A stretch of DNA of 64,000 nt from Felis catus (lineage: Eukaryota): NCBI RefSeq assembly GCF_018350175.1, contig NC_058374.1, positions 38,192,001 through 38,256,000 of the forward strand. The letters are read 5' to 3'. Of the stretch, positions 12,849 to 25,335 are shown in pieces (within the stretch, counting starts at the first letter, position 1; each line of letters opens with the position of its first letter). The position numbers and the translations under genes are program-made. Below the pieces are notes generated by a model, which worked only from the letters and a program-made list of their open reading frames with translations, had not been told where the DNA came from and ran no database searches.

Positions 12849-14099
12849 AGAACTTAATGTAAGCAGACCAACTATAGAAGTTTGACACTATACTGAAGGA
12901 AAAATAACTTCTTAATTTTTCAGTAATGACAGCTACTGGGTTGCTCCTGTGGTCACTACAGTGCACATTTATGATATTAAATATACATTTACTTTCAAAT
13001 GAGGACAATAGAGGGCAAGATTGTATTTTTCCGAAATGAAAATCTCCATTTTAATTATGTTAATTAGACATGATGACAACCACGACAAACACCTGATCTT
13101 CAATCACACTCAAGTTTGGGAAATTAGAAATAATACCAAAGTAAGTACTTGGCTATATGACCCTCTGAAAAACAAGGCCGAAGCCATATTTCAGTGCATT
13201 CATAGATACAGGGGATGAAGATTGGCTACTTTTTATGACCTTAGGAGCAAAACAAAAAAATATATATTTATCTGTGGTGGGAAATTTTAGTTTTAAAAGG
13301 AAGAAAAAACTCTTTACTTAGCAGGATAACCACTAAATAGCCTGTCCTCCTGTCCCCAGAGAGATCAGATAATGGTGGAGCCCAAGGAAATATTAGGACG
13401 AAATCTTTACCATCACAGGATTCCAGGTCTCTTTGGAATGACACATTATCAGCACACAAAGATACTATGAGTTAGAATTAGGTAGATTCATAATTGAGTG
13501 TTAAAGAGCAAAAGGTACAGATATGATTTAACATCAGGAGAGAGCACTCCTCTGGAAATGACAGAGCAAACCCAGTGGCTCTCAACCTAAAGGCCAGAGC
13601 CAGGGTCCTCCAGGGCTTCTATTCCATGGTCCAGCAATCGACAGGCTGAATCAAGAAAACGGGGCACTAGGGTTATTACGACTTACTTATTACCGTGTGC
13701 CACGCACTGCTTTGAGTACTTCACACATAATAATTCATTTACTCCTCCCAGGAAAACCCCTATGAGGTAGGGACTATCACGATTCCCAATTTAGAGCTCA
13801 GGAAAACTTGCCCAAGGACCCACGATGTGTTCAATGATGAAACCGAGATTTGAACCCAATCCAGAGCTCAAGAGCTTAACCTTTACACTATGCAGATCTC
13901 TCTTATGTGCAAACTTCACACAGACGTCTACCACTTTTCAAGTGTATGAAAATGGACCAGTAAATAAATAAGTAAATAAATGTATGCTTCATGAACTATG
14001 GAGCAGCTGTTTTGGTCAGCAGTATAGTTTGTATTTTCTCAGTCAAAAGACACCGAAAGTAGCAAGAAATGATGTAAGTCCTTAACATTTTTAGTATTG

Positions 14100-14640
14100 C
14101 ATTTTTTAAATATTCCAATATAGTTAACATACAGTGTTACATTAGTTTCAGGTGTACAATATAATGATTCAACAATTTTTTTTTAATGATTCAACAACTC
14201 TATAGATTACTCTAAGAGTACTCAGCGTACTCTTAATCCCCTTCACCTATTTCACTCATTCTCCCAACCCACCTCCCCTCTGGTAACCATCAGTTTGTTC
14301 ACTATAGGTAAGAGTCTCTTCTTTGTTTTTTTTTCTGAAATCCCACATATGAGTGAAATCATATGGCGTTTGTCTTTCTCTGACTTATTTCACTTAGCAT
14401 TACACTCTCTAGATCCAGCCAGGCTGCTGCTAATGGTAAGATTTCATTTTTTATGACTGAGTAATATTCCACTGTGTGACTATACCACATCTCTACCCAT
14501 TCATCTATCAATGGACACTTGGGTTGCTTCCATAATTTGACTATTGGAAATAATGCTACAATAAACATAGGGGTGCAAATATCCCTTCGAATTAGTGGTT
14601 TTGTATTCTTTGGGTAAATACCCAGTAGTGTTTGCTATTC
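14100..14640 (-). mobile_element. LINE-1 3' fragment
   Basis: acatacagtgttacattagtttcaggtgtacaa; cattcatctatcaatggacacttgggttgcttcc. Confidence 0.85.
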
Positions 14641-14889
14641 TATTTTTAGCACAAATCATATTGGTGATATTCTAATTCTTAAGCTAAGTGGTATACTCCC
14701 AAGGTTCGTTATGTTGGTATGTTATATAAAGTGTGCATGTGTACATGTATAAACACACACACATACTCAACTCACATAATTTTGAGTGATTCATATGTGT
14801 GTATATATATATATATTTTTTTTTTTTAACATTTAAGAGCATTGGCAGTCTAAGGTCAAAATAGCAACTTTAAAAAACAAGGGGGGTAT

Positions 14890-15100
14890 TTGGGTACTTG
14901 GGTGGCTCAGTCGGTTGAGCATCCGACTTCAGCTTGGGTCATGATCTCATGGTCCGTGAGTTCAAGCCCCGCGTCGGGCTCTGTGCTGACAGCTCAGAGC
15001 CTGGAGTCTGCTCAGATTCTGTGTCTCCCTCTCTCTCTGCCCCTCCCCTGCTCACGTTCTGTCTTTAAAAAATGAATAAACCTTAAAAAAATTTTTTTAA
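14890..15100 (+). mobile_element. CanSINE
   Basis: Head gggtggctcagtcggttgagc, (CT)n, A tail. Confidence 0.85.
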
Positions 15101-16349
15101 ATAACGGGGTCTTTATGTCTGAAGGATGGGCCTAGCATTACAAAGATGAACCAGATGAACTCAGGAAGGCTGATTTTGGTAATAACACAGCTTCTGACCA
15201 CAGCATGAGTCATGTACAGTATAAAGTGGATTATTTAAAAAAAAAAAAAAAGTATGTTCTCTTCTCAGCAAAAGGGGAAAATTTTGGAAGGGTTTTGAAT
15301 GAGTGAATAATACCAGTGAAAATAATTACACTGTTAAACATCTTTAATGGGAGTACTAATTTAAATAGGCTGGGACAAACGGGTAAGGCAGAGGAGGGAA
15401 AGAACAAAACGTCTGCACACTTTCTACATTAAGTATGTGTAAGTTTTACAATCAGAAGAATATAATGTAAAGGACTGGGGGAAAAAATCTGGAAACAATA
15501 AGGCTCTGGTCTGGGAATTCAAAAATCCAATGCCTATTGCTTCTCCCTTCTTTCCATTCCCTAGCTCCTCTAATACTCAAAAGGGGCCAGAACTTTCTCA
15601 CTGGAAACCTGTCCCTCCTATCCTTCCCCTTTCCCTTCCACCCCATCATTCTCCTCTCTAATAGACCTCTGTATTCTTAGCACTCTGCCCCCATCTCTAC
15701 CATTACACTTATCACATAATGACCATTGTTTAGTAACCACCCACTTGAAGGCAGGCACTGTGCTAGACACCTGCCATGTGTTTCCTCTTTCCTAACCATC
15801 ACAACTACTTCCATTGACCAATGTTACTATCCCTATAACCTGCCCCAAATCAGATAGTATGCCAGTGACCCAACTCTCTGCTTACTCCAAAGCACATGCT
15901 CTTTCTGTTATTATGTGTTCAGGCAATGGCAGGTGCATCTTAAGCACTCAATATGTACTGACAAGAACTAAAAGACGCAGACTTATGCTGTTTGCTTCCA
16001 ATTAGGAAACAGATGCAAAAAGCAGTCCTCTAAAGGTGAACTTTTCTTTTCCATCCCAACTGGTTCTTCCAGATAATACCCAATGAACCTAGCATTAAAA
16101 GAAACTAGCACACGATGGGATAGCCCTGTGCATAAACCAACAGCAAGATAACTGCCAACCCAGCAAGCCAGCACCTTCCCCACCACCTCTGTCTCCCGGA
16201 GTTTTGGAGGACCTCCATTCACACTGTTATTTCCTCCTCTACTGAGGAAAAAAGAAAAAAAAAATTTAACCCCCCATACCCTCCCGCTGAGGGTATCCCC
16301 AGTCATCTAATGAGAAATGTCTTAGTTGTGGCTAAAGTCATTTGCTGTA

Positions 16350-16540
16350 GGCATGCCTGGGTGGCTCAGTTCGTTAAGCGTCCGACTTCGGCTCAGGTCA
16401 TGATCTCACCATTCCGGATTTGAAGCCCCATATCTGACTCTGTGCTGACAGCTCAGAGCCTGGAGCCTGCTTCAGAGTCTATGTCTCCCTCTCTCTCTGC
16501 CTCTCCCACACACACCCCCCTCTAAAATAAATACACATTA
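16350..16540 (+). mobile_element. CanSINE
   Basis: gcctgggtggctcagttcgttaagcgtccgac; flanked by the repeat taaagtcatttgctgta (TSD-like). Confidence 0.85.
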
Positions 16541-17692
16541 AAGTCATTTGCTGTAAACTGCTGGAGGAGACGGTTTTATTTCTTCTGTATCCCCTTCCCC
16601 TCAAGTTCCATCAGAAAAGACTACAGTGAATTATCAAATTATGTTATGGTATTGAAATTTCATCTATAATAGGGCAAATTAAATTGCGTACCTAAATGGG
16701 AGAGTTTGCACAGGACCAGGCACATAGCAAGGACTCCAAAAAATAAATAAATAATTATTATTGGAATACAAATTTATGCAGCCAATAACTGCTCACCAGG
16801 CACTATGTTAAACGGTTGAGTGCTGAGCAAAACCGACTCTCCCTAGATGGATCTCTTTGTCAAAGGCTATTTAGCTCTGACTTGCCACACAAATGCTCGG
16901 TACTCCACAGGCAGTCGCTAAATACTTCGGAACCAAGTATTAAGAAAAGATGGGCCTTTGATAAGATGGAATGACTTTTTTCGTGACTTGAAACCATTCT
17001 TATTTTTAAATATTAACCTAAACGGTCGTTTTATTATTGCCGGGTTAGGTCCCTTTAATATGTGCCCCATTTAAAGAGCCCTCAGCTCAGCGGGTCATTT
17101 CTTGCAGATCTGCTGCTTGTAGCATTTTAAAGAGCTGAAGGCGGCACGTGTTGCCGGCTCTGGGGCAATCAAGGCTGCTTTCCCCAATTCTGTGCGCTGG
17201 GGTTACATCTTTTCACTTTCTCCCCAATTCGTTAAGTATATACACCGAGTAAAGATGGAGAGATCATGCCGTCCGCGCTTACGACCGGCTTTTATAAAAA
17301 TGCGCGTCTCGGGTCCCGGGGAGACGGACGCGCTGCCACTCACATCCGGCTACAAGGCTCTAAGCAAACCACGCTGCAAGATGCAATGTATAGGGCGGAT
17401 CTGGGGCGGCTGGCAGGCTCGGTATTGGAGTGATGTAGGGGGATGGAGAAGGATCTGGAAGAATCCGGTTAGACCGGGAAACGGACGGGGGAGGGCCGGG
17501 GAAGGGCGCTGGGCCGGAGGGGAGCAGGAGTAGTGAGCGGGGGAAACCCCCAGAGTCCTAGAGTTTCAGGAGTGGGGGCAGGGGAGAGCCAAGCAGCTAG
17601 GAGAAGGAATGACCCCCCCCGTAAAAAAAAAAAAAAAAAAATTAATATAAGCACCCTTAGTACTACAGCCCGAACGGGCTTAGACGCCGCCG

Positions 17693-17707
17693 TCTCTAGA
17701 AAGTTCT
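17693..17707. promoter_or_regulatory. Heat-shock element (HSF1 site)
   Basis: tCTCt-aGAAa-gTTCt: three alternating nGAAn units with one mismatch, ~300 nt upstream of the ATG. FKBP4 is an established HSF1 target. Confidence 0.65.
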
Positions 17708-18009
17708 CCACCTCCTCCCCCTCCGTCCGTCGCTCCCGCCCCAGCTCCTCCCAGCCCCTCCCTCCGCGGCGGGGTGGGACCAATCGCTCCCCGCGGCCGC
17801 TCATTACCCACCTACTCCTGCTCCCGCGCCCGATCCGCCGCGGGCTGCGAGCGCGCCGGTAGCCAGAGGTGCTCGAGCCTTCGACCGGTTCGCAGCTGGG
17901 TGGCCGCCGCGCTAGCGCCTTCCCGCCCGCACGCCCGTGCAGACAGGCCCGGACGAGAGGGCTTGGCTCGCGCCCAGTGCTCCCGGAGTAAACGGCGCAC
18001 CGAGTGGCG

Positions 18010-18114
18010 ATGACCGCCGAGGAGATGAAGGCGGCCGAGAGCGGGGCGCAGTCGGCGCCGCTGCCCCTCGAGGGGGTAGACATTAGCCCCAAGCAAGACG
18101 AAGGCGTGCTGAAG
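18010..18114 (+). CDS. FKBP4: FKBP4 (FKBP52 immunophilin, Hsp90 co-chaperone) coding exon 1 of 10
   Basis: ATG at 18010, [35 protein letters not shown], donor AAG|gtaggg; 105 nt, in a CpG island. Full CDS join: 18010-18114,20119-20263,20743-20885,21697-21817,22328-22484,23133-23223,23316-23399,23663-23848,~24403-24642,26256-26363. Confidence 0.98.
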
Positions 18115-19141
18115 GTAGGGGGATGGGGGGCACGGCAGACGCCCATCGCAGCCGCCCTTCCCGCCGAGCCTGGGAGCCCCGGGCCGCCTCTGCAGCGTCC
18201 GGGCGGGTCGTTGAGCCGGGCCGGCGGCCGGTTGCATCGCCTTCCTGGATCTAGCTGCGTTGTTCGGGCTGGGAGGGCCGCCGCACGCTCGCAGCGGGTG
18301 GCCGATGTGCGCGGGCCTCCCCACGGCCGTTCTCCGGCCCCCTAGGGGGGGCCCGCGATGCGGGTGAGGCCCCGGCCCCCCAGCCCTGCGGCGCCCGGGC
18401 CCGGGACTGCAGCGCCAACTCCGGCGTGCGCGGTGCAGCGCGGAGGGAGGGGCGGGGCCGCAACGCTGCACGCGAGCTGCAGCTAGAGGGCCCCGGGCGG
18501 CATGCACCCGGGCCCGCTCCGGCTCCTTTCCCTCCCCTCAGCTCTCCGCGACCCTGCGTCCCCGGCCAGGCCGCCCGCCGCAGCGGGAAGTCCCTGGCCG
18601 CCTTCGCTGGCGGTGCTGCGAGAGCTCGCCCACCCCACCCCCCGGGCAGTTAAACATTAGCTAGGACCTGAAGCGGGTCACCAGAGTTATTTCCTGGCCC
18701 AGAGGCCTTTGTACGACTTGGTGTCCGGGGCCTCGCCGTGAAAGAGGTTCTGGTGCCCTCCGTCCCCTTGGTTACCCTCTTCCTAAAGGCTGGGACTCAG
18801 CTAGGTCACCCGCTCGGCCATGCTGCCCCCCCTCCCCCCGGCCCCGGGAAAACCAGGGAGCAGTGCATGCCGGGACCTGTAGTTCCCCTCCCACCTCGCC
18901 CTCTGCCGTCTTGATTTGGGGCATGGGGTGTGGGGCCGGGAGGAGGTGCTTTGCTGGGAGCCTCGGAGGAGGGAAAGGGAGGGATCTGGCACTCGGGGAA
19001 GGGCATCTTGACCTGGGTCTGAACGACTGATGGTGCTTCAGAGCAGGTTTTGCAGAGTACAGGATGGCGAAATCAGCCTGGATTTCATACCTCCTCCTCA
19101 ACCAGTGTCTCTTTTCGTCCTGGCCTCCCACTGCTCAGTTC

Positions 19142-19144
<3 letters not shown>

Positions 19145-19202
<58 letters not shown>
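19145..19202. repeat. Compound microsatellite (GT)16(GA)13 in FKBP4 intron 1
   Basis: Read directly. Confidence 0.95.
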
Positions 19203-20118
19203 CCTGAGCAAAGCTAGAGATCTCGGCGAGCCCTTATCTGGTCCAGAAACGCTCCTGGTTTTGCCCCACATGTTCGAATCTTAAGCTGTTCTCCCAGTGG
19301 GCATGTGGCTTCCCCTTCTTTCCAGCATTCTGGTGATTTCTACAAGGTTATTCATCCCAGAAGGGCCATTTCCCCTTTTTTTCCTCCAGTCCTTCCCCTT
19401 TGCCTTTCTATTCCTCAAGTCATTTGTCCTTTTCCTTAGAAGGTATACCTACCCAGGTGATCCATGGAGTCTCCTTGTCACCTCTTTTAAGTGTTAAAGA
19501 AGAGGAGCAGAACTTAAGTTCCTGAGAAATGCTCTTAGCCCAGAAATAAAAGACTTAATTAGCCTACCAGTCAGGAATGGTGGTGTCCCAAGTCAGTTTA
19601 AGGGCTCGAGTGAGCGCCCCTATGCTTATCAGTGACCTGGTATTTTAGGACTGCTGCTATCCTGTTCATTATTCATATTCTCATCCTTGTCTTATCTGCA
19701 AACCAGATCTTGATCTGACGACCACTGGCATTTCTTTGCTGCTGCTGATAATCATCTTTAACTTTTTACCAATGTAATTCTCCAACCCTGATAGGGATTA
19801 TTATTGCTAGTTTACAAAGAAGGTCTAGAGAGTTGGACTTGTACAAGATCATACAGCAAAAACTTGAACCTCGGGTCTTTTGGCTCTAGTTTTCAAACCA
19901 AGTCGTTTTATGTTCCACCTCAAGTAAAATGGGGGGAGGGGGTGGGAGGTCAGTTGACTTCTAGCCAAACTCCGTATCAGAATCATTTGAGGCTTAGTCC
20001 CTTGGCTCACAAGGAAGCAGACGATTCCTTCTGGGTTTCCATCAGAAGTATGCAGGTAGTGTGGGTGCCTCTTTCTGCCCCCATGCCTGGTTACTCACCT
20101 TCTCCCCCTTCCTCCCAG

Positions 20119-20263
20119 GTCATCAAGCGAGAGGGCATGGGCACAGAGTTGCCCATGATTGGGGACCGAGTCTTTGTCCACTACACTGGCTGGCTGTTAG
20201 ATGGCACTAAGTTTGACTCCAGTCTGGACCGCAAGGACAAATTCTCCTTTGACCTGGGCAAAG
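20119..20263 (+). CDS. FKBP4: FKBP4 exon 2 (FK1 PPIase domain)
   Basis: cccag|GTC..AAAG|gtagg; [48 protein letters not shown]; 145 nt. Confidence 0.98.
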
Positions 20264-20742
20264 GTAGGCATGGTTAGTGGGTTGGTAGTGTAGGCTCTGT
20301 GGAGGGTATAAGCTGTCACAAACAGAAACTATACTCTCAGAAGTTTAAGGAGGAATGGTTTGTTACACTGTTAATTTTTCTTCTGTTACTCTTTTTTTTT
20401 TTTTTCTTCTACTCTTCTGTAACTATCGATCTCTGATCTCTATCTCACCTTCCCTGATCATCTCTGAACACCTCAGTTCCTGTTCAGGGATGGACTGCCT
20501 TATTCCTTAAACTCCTTTGTTCCAGAGTTGAGTGGGGGTTTTTTTGTTTTGTTTTTCCTTTACTTTTCTCTTTTTAAGAGGTCTGAGACCTGACAGCACT
20601 TATTGCAACTAAGTTTTCTACTTTTCTAAAGAGTGTCTAGCCTCCCCTTGGGCGTGGTATAATAAAAGTCTTTTGGAGCCAGTGTTTGAGCCCAGAGTCG
20701 GATCCCTGCCAAAGAGGACCTATTTGCTTTCTTTACCTACAG

Positions 20743-20885
20743 GGGAGGTCATTAAGGCTTGGGACATTGCTGTAGCAACCATGAAGGTGGGAGAAGTGTG
20801 CCACATCACGTGCAAACCCGAATATGCCTACGGTTCAGCAGGCAGCCCTCCAAAAATCCCCCCCAATGCCACACTTGTGTTTGAG
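20743..20885 (+). CDS. FKBP4: FKBP4 exon 3 (FK1, proline-rich loop)
   Basis: tacag|GG..GAG|gtgag; [47 protein letters not shown]; 143 nt. Confidence 0.98.
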
Positions 20886-21696
20886 GTGAGTGTCCAGGAG
20901 CAGAGAGCAAGGCGAAGAACCAGCCTTATCTCGCCTGGGTCCTGGCTGCCCTCCAGCCCTTCCTGCCGCTTGGAGACAATGTAGCCAAGGCTAAGGGCCT
21001 GGCCTTAGAGGAGGAAGAGACAGGGAGAGGGCAGCTCACTCTGCTGTGCACACAGCATGCTGCTGCCAGAGAGCAGCAGCTGATGGAGGTCTCGGGTGGG
21101 GAGAGGTGGCCACAAACCCCTCTTCGGACCTGAAGCAGGGTGAGGGTTGAGGCATATTTTATGTCAGGAGCAGCGCCCAGAGATTGGTTATAATTTTGAC
21201 TGGAAGAGGTCAGGAGATCTATACATTCTAAATGACAGTATGGAATACCAGTGCTTTAGGATCAGAGGAGGGGAGGGATGCGCCCCGTGGGTCAAGGGGA
21301 TGAGGAAAGCCTTCACTGAGAGGTGGAACTTCATTCATTCCGAGGATGGCTTAGCCCTCATTAGTGGATACTTGGAGAATGTTCAGAAGACTACTGAAAG
21401 ATATTGGGTCATTTCCAATGCCTACCAGATTGGCCTTCTCAAGTAGCTGGATTAGGATAGGCTGGAACGTGGATAGGATAGGCTGGATCTTCTGAGGTCA
21501 ACAAAAGCCGTGGCACGGGCCCACCCCTACCAGAGTTGAGACTAGAGCCCCCGGGACTTAGAACTTTTGCTAAGTGCCACTTTGTCCACTCCTGGTCTGG
21601 CAGTTACTAAGGACTGTTCTGAGGGAGAAGTTGCATCTCACTGCTGATGGAGTTAGTGCCCAAAGGAGTCGTGTTGCCTTATGTGTTGTCCCACAG

Positions 21697-21817
21697 GTAG
21701 AGCTCTTTGAGTTCAGGGGAGAGGACCTGACAGAAGAAGAAGATGGCGGAATCATCCGGAGAATACGGACTCGGGGTGAAGGCTATGCCAGGCCCAATGA
21801 GGGCGCTATCGTGGAGG
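21697..21817 (+). CDS. FKBP4: FKBP4 exon 4 (FK1-FK2 linker)
   Basis: cacag|GTA..GAGG|gtgag; [40 protein letters not shown]; 121 nt. Confidence 0.98.
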
Positions 21818-21896
21818 GTGAGACAGTATAGTCTGGGATTTCCGTTCTGATTCTGGTACTTAGGCCCTGGGTGGTTCTGGGCAAGTCACTTCCTTT

Positions 21897-22122
21897 TTAA
21901 TTTATTTATTTTTTTCAATGTTTATTTTTGAGGAAGAGACAGAAGATCGTGAGCGGGGGAGGGGCAGAGAGAGACAGAGGAGACAGACACTGAATCCAGA
22001 GCAGGCTCCAGGCTCTGAGCTATCAGCACAGAGCCTGACAGTGGGGCTCGAACCCACAAGCTGTGAGATAATAACCTGAGCCTAAGTCGGATGCTCAACC
22101 AACTGGGCCACCCACGCACCCC
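21897..22122 (-). mobile_element. CanSINE in FKBP4 intron 4
   Basis: T-rich tail and reverse head; flanked by repeated gtcacttccttt (TSD-like). Confidence 0.88.
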
Positions 22123-22327
22123 ATGTCACTTCCTTTTCTGATCCTAATTTCTTGTCTGAGAGACGAGGGATTGGACCATTTCCACTTAACGTCCCTCCAG
22201 CTCTGAGAACACGACAAAGACATCTTGGGGGCAGGAAGTGATGAGGTGATAGAGGGAAGCCGGTGGCATCCTTCCTCAATCCCCTGCCTGCTCACATCCC
22301 TGACACATTGCCTCTTTTTCATGCCAG

Positions 22328-22484
22328 TTACACTGGAAGGGTACTATAAGGACCAGATGTTCGACCAGCGGGAGCTCCGCTTTGAGGTTGGTGAGGGGGA
22401 GAGCCTGGACCTGCCTTGTGGGCTGGAGAAAGCCATTCAGCGCATGGAAAAAGGAGAACGTTCCATTGTGTACCTCAAGCCCAG
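22328..22484 (+). CDS. FKBP4: FKBP4 exon 5 (FK2 domain)
   Basis: gccag|TT..CAG|gtgag; [51 protein letters not shown]; 157 nt. Confidence 0.97.
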
Positions 22485-23132
22485 GTGAGGAGTGGGTGCT
22501 TTGTATAACAGATGGGTGATCAAAAGTCCGAGATCCACATGTCCACAGTTAGTTGTGTAACTGGACACTTGTATCTTTTCCTCTGTGTGTGTTCACTACT
22601 CCCACAGCCTCAGTAGAGGGCCCTGCAACTCTGCACAGCAAACGTGATCTCCATATTAGGAGCACGGTCACAGTTGTCCACATCTCAAAGGCTAACCTTT
22701 TCAGTCAAGGCTGCTCAAGATTCCTTCCTTTACCAATGTCAAAATTTTTATTTTCCATTAATGTTCTCCATCATTGTGATATTTATTACAACATGCCTAT
22801 TATGTGCCAGGTATAATGCTGAAAATTCCCAGGTATTCAAAGACCTTATTCCTGCCTTCTAGTGACTCATTGCTCAGTAAGCTTTAGCAATTAGTAATTG
22901 AGTAATCATCCCAGTGTGTAGTGTGCGTGAGGAGGATGTGGAAGATGCTAAGAGACCAGCTAATTGTGTGAAGAGGTCAGGGAAGATTTTGCCAAACAGG
23001 AAACATTTGAACCAAGTCTCAAGGGATGGGAAGTTACTTTGCAGGAAACAGACAGGAAGCCTTTTCAGTAGGGAGCGGGTTAAGGATGGCAGCGGTGACC
23101 TAGATTTTTTTTGCCCCCCTCCTTCCCCCCAG

Positions 23133-23223
23133 CTATGCTTTTGGCAGTGTTGGGAAGGAAAAATTCCAAATCCCACCAAATGCTGAGCTGAAATACGAAG
23201 TACACCTCAAGAGTTTCGAGAAG
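23133..23223 (+). CDS. FKBP4: FKBP4 exon 6
   Basis: cccag|C..AAG|gtgag; [30 protein letters not shown]; 91 nt. Confidence 0.97.
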
Positions 23224-23315
23224 GTGAGCTTGCTCAAGGTCTTCTCTGTCCCGGAATCTGGTCGCAGTAGGTGGCCTTGAGGTAGCTCACAGCTTTGTTT
23301 CTGTCTTGGGGTTAG

Positions 23316-23399
23316 GCCAAGGAGTCTTGGGAGATGAACTCCGAGGAGAAGCTGGAACAGAGCACCATAGTGAAAGAGCGGGGCACTGTGTACTTCAAG
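23316..23399 (+). CDS. FKBP4: FKBP4 exon 7 (start of TPR region)
   Basis: gttag|GCC..AAG|gtgag; [28 protein letters not shown]; 84 nt. Confidence 0.97.
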
Positions 23400-23662
23400 G
23401 TGAGCCAGCATCTGGGGCCTGGGGGAAGGCCCCTCTGGGCCCATCCTTCCTCCTGATGCCTGAAGTCCTTTTCTGCCAGGGAGAGGATGGCGGTGGTGGG
23501 AATGCCTATAATCTTCACCTAGTAGATCTAAGCTAGCTGCTCTTGCTGGAGGAGGAGGGGAGGCAGGACTTCTCATGCCCATACATCACTGATGTCTACA
23601 GAGTCTGACAGCCTGGTGCCCCTGAACCTGTGTCTATTGCCTAAGCCTCCCTCCCTCTCTAG

Positions 23663-23848
23663 GAAGGCAAGTACAAGCAAGCTTTACTGCAGTACAAGAA
23701 GATTGTATCCTGGCTGGAATATGAGTCGAGTTTCTCTAATGAGGACGCACAGAAGGCACAGGCCCTTCGCCTGGCCTCCCACCTCAACTTGGCCATGTGT
23801 CATCTGAAACTACAGGCCTTCTCGGCTGCCATCGAAAGCTGTAACAAG
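23663..23848 (+). CDS. FKBP4: FKBP4 exon 8 (TPR repeats)
   Basis: tctag|GAA..AAG|gtgag; [62 protein letters not shown]; 186 nt. Confidence 0.97.
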
Positions 23849-24397
23849 GTGAGGCCCTTTTAGAGAGGGCATGGGAGCAATGTTCACGGATTTGGCTGGG
23901 TGAGCTGCCAGCAGGTCTGAAACTTGGTCTCAGTGACTAGGGTAGGGGTAGGATAGTAAGTGGGCTAGTGGAAGCTCAGAGATGAAGGGCCCAGAGGCAA
24001 GGGCTCTTGGCTTTAGTGGTAGGAGAAGCAAGCACCTTGGCTTTAGTGGTAGGAGGCAGCTGACACAGGTAGAAGGTAACACTGGATGGGAAAAACCGCT
24101 ATGGCATTTTCTCGGCCCTGGTTCCTAGTCTGTCCCTCTTCTATACCTGCTTTATTCTAGAGAAAATGAAAATGTTGTCACAGGTCTTCCTCTTTCACCT
24201 AAAGCTCTGTTTTCCCTTTGCTTCTTGGACTAACTGGGATTCTTTCTTAAACCTTGGGTTGTTCATTTAGTGCCCCGAAACTCCTTTCTGGGGTGGAGCC
24301 AGCCATTTCCATTCTGCCTCATCCTGCGGAGTGAGGACTACCTTTGGAACCCAGTCTTGGCCACAGGCTGCAGGGACTGACGTCTCACTGTTGCTTC

Positions 24398-24537
24398 NNN
24401 NNNNNNNNNNNNNNNNNNNNNNNNNNNNNNNNNNNNNNNNNNNNNNNNNNNNNNNNNNNNNNNNNNNNNNNNNNNNNNNNNNNNNNNNNNNNNNNNNNNN
24501 NNNNNNNNNNNNNNNNNNNNNNNNNNNNNNNNNNNNN
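24398..24537. other. Assembly gap (140 N); other gaps at 7727-7857, 11347-11604, 30122-30249, 42953-43196
   Basis: Runs of N read directly. Confidence 0.99.
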
Positions 24538-24642
24538 AAGGCCCAGCTGGCTATCTGCCAGCAGCGGATCCGCAAGCAGCTCGCTCGGGAGAAGAAGCTC
24601 TATGCCAACATGTTTGAGAGGCTAGCTGAGGAGGAGAGCAAG
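24403..24642 (+). CDS. FKBP4: FKBP4 exon 9 (TPR3 and calmodulin-binding helix); 5' part hidden in N gap 24398-24537
   Basis: Visible 24538-24642 encodes [35 protein letters not shown] then gtaagg. Start 24403 is inferred from a 240-nt exon (459-aa protein), not seen. Confidence 0.9.
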
Positions 24643-24909
24643 GTAAGGATTGGGACAGGAACAGTTGGGATAGACAGAAGAGGAGGCTAGGTCTAACCCA
24701 AGTGCCGTGGCTGTTCATGCCTCTGGTTGTATGGGTCGCTCCTGGAAACCAGAAGCTACCCTTGTCTCTGGAGGAAGAACATGTATGTTCCTTCAGCACA
24801 GAACCCTGTTGTGGGGGCCACACTTCCTCAGTGATCAGGGCTAAAAACCCACTCACAAGCCCCAGAGGTGGGGAGTTGGTTACTCTGTGTGTGCTTCCCA
24901 ACCTGTACC

Positions 24910-25335
24910 TTTTTAAAGCCTAGGTTTTATCTGTCTGTTTGTCTATCCATCTGTCTGTCTGAAAGAGAGAACATGGGGGGGGGGGGGAGCAGAGAAAAAG
25001 AGAGAGAGAATCTTAAGCAGGTTCCACACTCAGTGCATGACCATGGGATCAAGACCCGAGCCGAAATCAACCAACTGAGCCACCCAGGCACCTGCTAAAC
25101 CTAGGTTTTAAAAGCCCTATGTTTAAATAGATAATACAGTTACGTAGTTTTATTTAAACAGCGCAGAGGCACCTGGTTGGCTGGTTAAACATCTGACTCT
25201 TGATTTCAGCTCAGGTCATGATTTCACAGTTGTGGGATCGAGCCGCACTTCAGGCTCTGCACGGGCATTGCCAAGCCTGCTTGGGATTCTCTCTCTCTCT
25301 CAAAATAAATAAACTTAAAAAAAAAAAACAAAAAA
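24910..25335. mobile_element. Two CanSINEs (minus then plus) in FKBP4 intron 9
   Basis: SINE motifs at ~24910-25095 (-) and ~25167-25335 (+). Confidence 0.75.

Larger units (their letters stand above)
17150..18950. promoter_or_regulatory. FKBP4 CpG-island promoter and first exon
   Basis: Very high GC and CpG density relative to flanks; GC boxes; CCAAT at 17780-17784. Boundaries approximate. Confidence 0.9.

Noticed and set aside
17469-18653. Long overlapping ORFs (225 aa, 231 aa and others) across the FKBP4 promoter and first exon
   Set aside because: Expected in GC-rich CpG islands depleted of stop codons; Arg/Pro/Gly-rich with no recognisable domain.
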